Below are positions 58,134 to 64,000 of a stretch of DNA of 64,000 nucleotides, piece after piece. The notes under the pieces were generated by a model that saw nothing but the letters and a program-made list of their open reading frames with translations, was not told where the DNA came from and did not search any database. Positions within the stretch are counted from its first letter, which is position 1; the number at the start of each line of letters is the position of its first letter. The stretch spans positions 32,001 through 96,000 of the IMG/VR virus record IMGVR_UViG_3300036761_001135; one strand, given 5' to 3'. This DNA is from a virus. The position numbers were made by a program, and so were the translations under genes.

Positions 58134-58463
58134 ATGACGTTACGCAGGTTGGTTCATGACATGCGGCGTGCTCTGGACGAGGGAGCGCCGGAGTTTCGAT
58201 CCGGGCGCGCTGAAGTGGAGCGCTTGATCGACGCCATGCTGTCTGGGTCGCAGGTGTCGCCAAAGGCACAGGCGGTCATCGGCAAGGACGGCGACGTGAA
58301 CGCGCTTGTGGCAGAGCTGCGCCTAGCGCTGTACCCCATCGTCGTACACACCCTGCAAAAGCTCGGCGGTAAGGTGAGCGGGTCGAGCAACGTGAAGGCT
58401 GCCTTGCGCGGCCTGGCCCGGGAGGAGCGCGAGCACCCCCCGAGGCCCGCCGTGGAGCTGTAG
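58134..58463 (+). CDS. leader-bearing hypothetical protein
   Basis: MTLRRLVHDMRRALDE; resembles 57782 (LIDxM). Confidence 0.68.
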   Translation: MTLRRLVHDMRRALDEGAPEFRSGRAEVERLIDAMLSGSQVSPKAQAVIGKDGDVNALVAELRLALYPIVVHTLQKLGGKVSGSSNVKAALRGLAREEREHPPRPAVEL

Positions 58464-58467
58464 GCGA

Positions 58468-58929
58468 CTAGGCGGTCTGGAGGGCAGCGTCGGCGGCGGC
58501 GGCGGTGACTTCGACCACTTCCCCTTTGAACTTGGCAGCGCCCGAGACTTTCGTCTTGGGCAGGCTGTTCTTGACATCCGCGAAGATGGCAGAGATGCGA
58601 CCTTGAGGGTCGTATTCTTCGACGAGCGCCTGGCGATTGGTCTTGTTGACCTTGGCGTCGCCGTTGACGGACTGCTTGGCGAGGTCGGAGATGATCTCGC
58701 AGGCGCGCTCGCGGGTGCATCCGCTCATCTTGAGCGCGATGATGAGGAACTCTTCGGAGAGAAGGCTCGAAGTGGAGGTCTTCTCGGTGTCAGGGGCGAT
58801 CTCCAGTGAGCCGACGATGTGGACGGTGACGTCCACGAGATGTTCGCCCGGGGTGAGGGCGGAGCGGGCGTCTTTGGCGTCCTTGTCTTTGACGGCCTTA
58901 CTGATGGCGATGATACTGGCGTTGTCCAT
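58468..58929 (-). CDS. hypothetical protein
   Basis: AGGAGG RBS; minus-strand promoter TTGACA-17 bp-TAGATT at 59011-58983. Confidence 0.75.
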   Translation of the reverse strand: MDNASIIAISKAVKDKDAKDARSALTPGEHLVDVTVHIVGSLEIAPDTEKTSTSSLLSEEFLIIALKMSGCTRERACEIISDLAKQSVNGDAKVNKTNRQALVEEYDPQGRISAIFADVKNSLPKTKVSGAAKFKGEVVEVTAAAADAALQTA

Positions 58930-59138
58930 ATGAGCCTCCTTGTGCGACCGAGCATCCGCGCCCGGCATCTTGCCTGTCTCTCAATCTAACCGCTCACATT
59001 TGGTTTGTCAACAACTGCGTTTGCGCTTTTTTGGAGAAAAGACTTCCATGAAAACGGAATAGTTATTGGATATTCCTTGGGCGATATGCAAAATCCCGAG
59101 GTCGTCCAGAACAGACCGGATAAATATGCGGGAAAAGG

Positions 59139-59158
59139 GGACGAACCCAGGTTCGTGT
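59139..59158. promoter_or_regulatory. palindrome copy 11
   Basis: GGACGAACCCAGGTTCGTGT. Confidence 0.75.
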
Positions 59159-59451
59159 CAGGCGTCGTCTTCCTCGTCACCGGATTCCTTTCGCGTTAGC
59201 AGGATCGCCGGCCCGGCGATGTAGTCGCCTTCTCGCAGGTAGGGGGCGACGTAGGCGGTGGCCAGCAGGTTGGGTGGCAATCCGTGCAGCTTGCCTTCCT
59301 CGTTGATGCAGAGGATGAGTCCCTCTTGATCCAGCGTGACGAATTCGATGTAGCCGCCCACCAATGATTGCATCTCGTCCAGGTCGAACGAGGCACCTTT
59401 GTTGGGGGTGATCCATGTGGCTTCGCCGGTCACGGGGATGAGTCGTGCCAT
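59158..59451 (-). CDS. DUF3846-like protein
   Basis: LDEMQSLVGGYIE..NEEGKLHGLPPNLLAT. Confidence 0.8.
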   Translation of the reverse strand: MARLIPVTGEATWITPNKGASFDLDEMQSLVGGYIEFVTLDQEGLILCINEEGKLHGLPPNLLATAYVAPYLREGDYIAGPAILLTRKESGDEEDDA

Positions 59452-59503
59452 CTATTTCCTCCCGAGTTGGCGGGCGATCTCTTGGAGCGCCCGGGTTTGG
59501 CTA

Positions 59504-59872
59504 TCAGTCCCATGACAGATCCGTTTGCAGCGCGATGCACGCGCTGACGATCCGCAGGAGGCAGTGGATGCGCTCGCGCTCACGATCTTCTGTGGTCCCA
59601 CAGTCGATGACCGTGCAGCTCTTGTTGTCTGGTCTTTGGACCAGGGATTCCGGTTGGCTGAAGACATCGCGCTTGTTGAGGGCGCGAATCAGGCGCTGGG
59701 CCACGGCCGGCAGGTCGGCCAGTGGGCAGTCGCCACAGCAGTCGTTGGGGAGACCGGCAACGTCCAGCATCCTGGTCGCGTTGACGTTGGCGAAGTTAGC
59801 CCAGTATTCTGGCTCTGGGCCGTACTGACCCTTGACGGTCGGGCACTTTTTGGGTTTGAACGTGACGCTCAT
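59504..59872 (-). CDS. hypothetical protein
   Basis: GGAGG RBS; coupled with upstream ORF. Confidence 0.65.
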   Translation of the reverse strand: MSVTFKPKKCPTVKGQYGPEPEYWANFANVNATRMLDVAGLPNDCCGDCPLADLPAVAQRLIRALNKRDVFSQPESLVQRPDNKSCTVIDCGTTEDRERERIHCLLRIVSACIALQTDLSWD

Positions 59873-60099
59873 GCGGCCTCCTCTGTGGCCGGCAGGAACC
59901 GGCATCCTGGGACTGTGGCCACGATGTCGGCCAGCGTGCCATACCGGATGACCATTGGCTGGTCTTTCCGGTCGTATTCGCCATCGTCGCGGGGGGCGAG
60001 GCACATGTCGTACAGGATCATGCCTTCGGGAATGGCCCAGGCGATGTCGGACTCGTCGCGGTCGTAGATGCTGGCGATGATGGTTTTCTCTACGAGCAT
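59869..60099 (-). CDS. hypothetical protein
   Basis: GGAGG RBS; minus-strand GTTGACAAAC promoter near 60170. Confidence 0.6.
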   Translation of the reverse strand: MLVEKTIIASIYDRDESDIAWAIPEGMILYDMCLAPRDDGEYDRKDQPMVIRYGTLADIVATVPGCRFLPATEEAA

Positions 60100-60263
60100 G
60101 AGAACCTCCCGGCGGCCATCGTTGACCGCCATCTGCCCTAGAATTTAAGGCTGCAATAGCGTTTGTCAACCGCGTTTGCAAGCTGAGTATGCTCGGCGTT
60201 GCAGATTGACAGGATGAGCACATGATGAGTAAGGTTTGAGCATGATATGAGCAAGGGGTGCGC

Positions 60264-60458
60264 ATGCGTCTGAACGTCGAGTGCCAGGATGATGTGTTGG
60301 AAGAGTTTCGCAAGCGGGCAGACGGCCTTGGGCGATCCGTGTCGGACGTGATCCGCGAGTTGATTGTTGGGTGGGTTCGTTCGGAGCGTCGTGCTGAAGC
60401 AGATCGGCTGTCACTGGATGCACAGCTAAAACAAAGATGGAGGAATGGAGATGACTGA
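60264..60458 (+). CDS. ribbon-helix-helix (CopG-like) protein
   Basis: MRLNV..RADGLGRSVSDVIRELI. Confidence 0.7.
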   Translation: MRLNVECQDDVLEEFRKRADGLGRSVSDVIRELIVGWVRSERRAEADRLSLDAQLKQRWRNGDD

Positions 60459-61257
60459 GGAGACAACGACTCTGGCGAAGACGAAGGGGCATCTCATGGA
60501 TGTGTCAGCGGGCATGCTCGCTGTGGAGTTGCCGTGTGGATATCTGGATTCTTCTGGCATAGTGCATCGTGACCTCGTTGTGGGGGAGATGACTGGTTAC
60601 GAGGAGGACTTGTTGGCGGGGAAGGGGCCTATCCTGCCACGTCTGAACCAGATCATCATGAATTGCACGCGTCGCATTGGTGGATTTGAGGACCGATCTC
60701 AGATTGGTGCGGCTGTAAATGGTCTGACCGCGAGTGATCGCATGGTGGCGTTCCTGGCTATCCGGCGGGTGTCGCTCGGGGATTTCTACGACGTGAAGGT
60801 GCAGTGTCCGAACCCAGACTGTCGAGAAGAGGTTCGATATGCTCTGAATCTTGCGGACGTGGAGATTCATGCCATGGAAGATCCTACGCAGCGGGTGTTC
60901 GAGCACACGTTGAAGTCGGGAAGGGTGGTGAGTTGGCACATCATGTCGAGCACGGACGAAGAGTGGCTGACCACCAAGACGAAGAAGTCCAAGGATGACG
61001 TGTTGACGTTGGGCATCATGGCTCGCGTGGACGAAATCAATGGTGTGCCGATCAACCGGGAGAAGGACATTGTTGGGGCCATGGCGTTGCTCAAGGCGTT
61101 ACCCACGCGAGATAGAAACGACATACGTTCTCTGTTTGAGAAACATGAAGGACACGTCGATACGAATGTAGATTTTTCATGTCCTTCATGTGAGCATGAG
61201 TGGAAAGCGGAATTGAATCTGGGGCAGCCCAGTTTTTTCTTCCCATCGGCCTCGTAG
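60451..61257 (+). CDS. tail assembly chaperone / baseplate hub (gp26-like); -1 frameshift extension to 61451
   Basis: LPCGY, EMTGYEED, CPNPDC, CPSC, ends SFFFPSAS; slippery T TTT TTC at 61233-61239. Confidence 0.8.
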   Translation: MTEETTTLAKTKGHLMDVSAGMLAVELPCGYLDSSGIVHRDLVVGEMTGYEEDLLAGKGPILPRLNQIIMNCTRRIGGFEDRSQIGAAVNGLTASDRMVAFLAIRRVSLGDFYDVKVQCPNPDCREEVRYALNLADVEIHAMEDPTQRVFEHTLKSGRVVSWHIMSSTDEEWLTTKTKKSKDDVLTLGIMARVDEINGVPINREKDIVGAMALLKALPTRDRNDIRSLFEKHEGHVDTNVDFSCPSCEHEWKAELNLGQPSFFFPSAS

Positions 61258-61452
61258 AGCACTTGGAGGCGGAGGTCTTCTTCCTAATGGAGCTACAGGG
61301 CGGCACGTATGACAGTGTGATGGCGATGCCCTTCAGCCGACGCAAGCGGTTTGTGGAGCAGAAGCAGAACCTGGAGACGAGCCGTCGGTCCAACGAGGAG
61401 CAGGCAGCGTCCAAAGCGCGTATGCGGGCTCGCACGCGAGGCAGACGGTAGG

Positions 61453-61472
61453 ACGCGAACCCGGGTTCGCGT
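61453..61472. promoter_or_regulatory. palindrome copy 12 (perfect)
   Basis: ACGCGAACCCGGGTTCGCGT abutting the TMP RBS. Confidence 0.82.
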
Positions 61473-61481
61473 GGAGGCATC

Positions 61482-64000
61482 ATGAATCTGCTGGGGATAT
61501 CCTGGGGCATGGGTGCGAGGGACGTCGGCATGAAGGCCGCTGTGGACTCGGCGCAAAAGGGTATTGACAGCCTAAATGAGGGTCTTGAGAAGCAGTCCAA
61601 GATCGCGTCCAAGTCTAAGATTCCGGGATTCCTTGAGGGTTTGAAGCACTTCAACCTGGGGTCCATTGCGCAGTCGGTGCGGGAGATGGCCGGGGACACC
61701 GGAAACCTCACAAACTCATTGGAGGCCATGGGGGTAGCCAACGCGAAGACGGCCAAGCCGTTTGTTGCTGCCATGAACCTGAGCGCGGACGCGGCCCGCA
61801 AGATGGTTGGTCGGATTTCGGGCATGGCAATTGGCATGAACGTTGGTGCGGAGAGCGTGGCCAAGGTGTTCACGGAGTTCAACCGCATGACGCCAGCGGC
61901 CAAGGCGACGTCCAAGGCTCTGGGAATGACAGAGAAGGACTTCGTGAAGTTCAGCGAGACGACCGGGGTCTCGGCGGCGGACCTGAACTCGTCGATCACG
62001 GACCTGACCGGGTCGTGGAACATGGCGCCCGAGAGCGTGGCCAAGTTCCTGAACTCGATGACGGAGCTGGGCAAGAAGACGGGCGTGGGCATGACGCCCA
62101 TCGCCGGGCTGAAGGACAACCTGCAATCCTTGGACGACATCTTCGAGAAGATGCCGCCGGGGCTCCAGCGCACGGGGGCGGAGATCACGGGCCTGGTGGA
62201 GAGTTCCGTGCGGCTGGCGGGCGCCTTTGCGGCGCAGGGGGCCAGCGCAGAGGACGCCACCAAGATGGGCGCGGAGACGGCGAAGATGTTCGCCGAGCAG
62301 TCCACCGAGGTCGAGCGGATGATGAAGACCGGCATGGGCAAGGGCGACATCGCGGAGGCGTCGCCCCTGATCAAGTACCTGACCGGGCTGGGGATCGGCT
62401 TTGAGGAGGCGCGCGGCATCGTGGACGTCGGGTCGCGGGACACCGTGCAGGGCGTCCAGCGGATGCAGGCGGCGTTCACCAAGTACAACGTGAGCGGGGC
62501 GCAGCAGCAGGCCATGCTGTCCGGGCTGAGCGAGGCGATGGGCGAGGGGGTCAAGGGCCTGGGCTACCTGGCGGCGGGTGGGGACAGTGCGGCGGCGTCC
62601 CTCAAGGCCATGTCGGACATCACGGTGACGGGCAAGGACACGCTGAAGAAGTACGGGGACCAGGCGTTCAGTAGTGGGCGCACCTTGCAGGACTCCCTGG
62701 ACCTCATGAAGAGTTCGTTCGAGACGCGGCTGCGCAGCATCGCGCGCAAGGACGTGTCCAGCTTCGTGGGCGACCTGGGCCGGGCGTACAAGCAGGTCGG
62801 GGACGAGACCATCGCGCTGGCGGGAGACAAGAACTGGGGTCCGATTGTGAAGCGCCTGTCGGCGATGCAGCAGTTGGGCGCCAAGGGGCTGTTCATCAAG
62901 ATGGACGGCGGGTCGAACAAGGCTATGGCGCGGTCGTCAGCCATGATTGATGCGGTGGGAGGAGCCTTCGACTCGGTGTCAAAGTCCATGGGTCCGGTGG
63001 TCAGCATCTTCTCTGAGCTGGTGATCGTGGCCGGGCCGCTGCTCAAGGTGTTTGGGAAAATCTTGGCGAGCCCGCTAGGCAAGTTGGGTCTGTGGGGCGG
63101 CGCGATTGCCGGGCTGGCTCTGGGGTTCGACTGGTTATCGAAGTCCGGGGTGAAGCTGTCGGACGTGATGGCCAAGGTGGTGAAGTGGGTGGGCGGCGCG
63201 GCGGGCAACCTGGCGGACTGGCTGGGAAACATGGACTGGGAGGCTATTGGGAAGAAGTTGGGCGACTTCGCGGTGGAGGCGGTGACGTTCATCCCGAAGG
63301 CCATTGCGACATGGGCGAGCGGGGCGGAGTCCAACTCGGCTCTGGCCAATGCGGCCTCGACGCTCATGCAGAACATGGGGAGCGCTCTGTGGGCGGCGGC
63401 TAAGGGTCTGTTCGTGGCGACACGGGAGATTGGTAAGAAGGTCGTTGGGGCAGCATCAGAGTGGTGGAATTCGTGGACGTGGGACGATGTAGCTCCGGCA
63501 TTTGATCGTATGGAGAATAGAATTACAAAATGGTGGCTAGGTCTAAAGAAGAATCCAGAATTTGCGCAGTTTGAACTAGACACGAAGATGTGGTTCACGG
63601 AGACGTGGTGGGCGGCACAAGATGGGATACGCACTCTATTCTCCAAGGTGGGGGATGGAATTAACTCGGCAATTGCTATCCTGAACACGGCTGACTTTGG
63701 CGTGAATTTGGGGAACAAGGTGCGGTCTTTCTTCCAGGAGGGATTGGTTGGCATCGCCACATATGTGCATGAGTCGATGCGTCAGTTCGCTCATGATGCT
63801 CTTAACAGCATGTTGACGGTGGACAGCACGGCGTGGATAGGAAAGTGGTCAACGCTGGTGGCGGAGTTTGTGATCAAGTTTCAAGCGATGATGACGGGCA
63901 TCAAGGATTCGGTCAGCGGATTCATCGCAGGACTGTTCGATCCGAAGGAGACCGCCAAGAACATGGCGAGTTACTTCTTCGAGTTGCTTAAGGCCGTCAT
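61482..64000 (+). CDS. tape measure protein (partial, runs off the window)
   Basis: GGAGG RBS, MNLLGISWGMGARD..., long Ala/Gly-rich helical ORF after the frameshifting chaperone. Confidence 0.82.
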   Translation, partial: MNLLGISWGMGARDVGMKAAVDSAQKGIDSLNEGLEKQSKIASKSKIPGFLEGLKHFNLGSIAQSVREMAGDTGNLTNSLEAMGVANAKTAKPFVAAMNLSADAARKMVGRISGMAIGMNVGAESVAKVFTEFNRMTPAAKATSKALGMTEKDFVKFSETTGVSAADLNSSITDLTGSWNMAPESVAKFLNSMTELGKKTGVGMTPIAGLKDNLQSLDDIFEKMPPGLQRTGAEITGLVESSVRLAGAFAAQGASAEDATKMGAETAKMFAEQSTEVERMMKTGMGKGDIAEASPLIKYLTGLGIGFEEARGIVDVGSRDTVQGVQRMQAAFTKYNVSGAQQQAMLSGLSEAMGEGVKGLGYLAAGGDSAAASLKAMSDITVTGKDTLKKYGDQAFSSGRTLQDSLDLMKSSFETRLRSIARKDVSSFVGDLGRAYKQVGDETIALAGDKNWGPIVKRLSAMQQLGAKGLFIKMDGGSNKAMARSSAMIDAVGGAFDSVSKSMGPVVSIFSELVIVAGPLLKVFGKILASPLGKLGLWGGAIAGLALGFDWLSKSGVKLSDVMAKVVKWVGGAAGNLADWLGNMDWEAIGKKLGDFAVEAVTFIPKAIATWASGAESNSALANAASTLMQNMGSALWAAAKGLFVATREIGKKVVGAASEWWNSWTWDDVAPAFDRMENRITKWWLGLKKNPEFAQFELDTKMWFTETWWAAQDGIRTLFSKVGDGINSAIAILNTADFGVNLGNKVRSFFQEGLVGIATYVHESMRQFAHDALNSMLTVDSTAWIGKWSTLVAEFVIKFQAMMTGIKDSVSGFIAGLFDPKETAKNMASYFFELLKAV

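Overview
A 64-kb segment of a large, GC-rich tailed phage (myovirus with a T4-like head module), with almost all genes on the + strand. Layout: (1) 1-15.9 kb, accessory and DNA-metabolism genes (ASCH-like proteins, Cas4-like and RuvC-like nucleases, DNA methyltransferase, thymidylate kinase, DHH phosphoesterase, SNF2-type helicase). (2) 16.0-18.05 kb, a RAMP/Cas7-like gene followed by a ~1.1-kb non-coding array of GG(A/C/T)NN pentamers divided into ~22 units by GGCA delimiters. (3) 18.7-32.8 kb, packaging and head genes (terminase with two inteins, portal, core proteins, intein-containing protease/scaffold, gp23-like capsid). (4) 35-46 kb, neck, sheath and tube genes. (5) 46-58.5 kb, ~20 unrelated ORFs sharing an N-terminal MxTMRxLxE-type leader, plus an amidase. 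(6) A short minus-strand island, a tail chaperone with a -1 frameshift and the start of the tape measure gene. Best candidate for a novel system: the RAMP gene plus pentamer array, which looks like an RNA-guided system using a gapped code. The variable dinucleotides of unit 13, read as the first two bases of successive codons, spell YEALLYRFD. That peptide occurs in the phage's own putative small terminase, and the three mismatches to the self sequence are all synonymous first-position changes (CT vs TTG twice, CG vs AGA), suggesting targeting of a related phage with self-avoidance. From memory, unverified, this resembles recently reported viral 'VIPR'-type systems. Other notable items: an endonuclease gene nested out of frame inside an intein, a pseudoknot-stimulated -1 frameshift in a prohead core gene, a 20-bp palindrome dispersed 12-13 times, and a candidate structured ncRNA. 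All calls come from manual motif reading; no searches were run.
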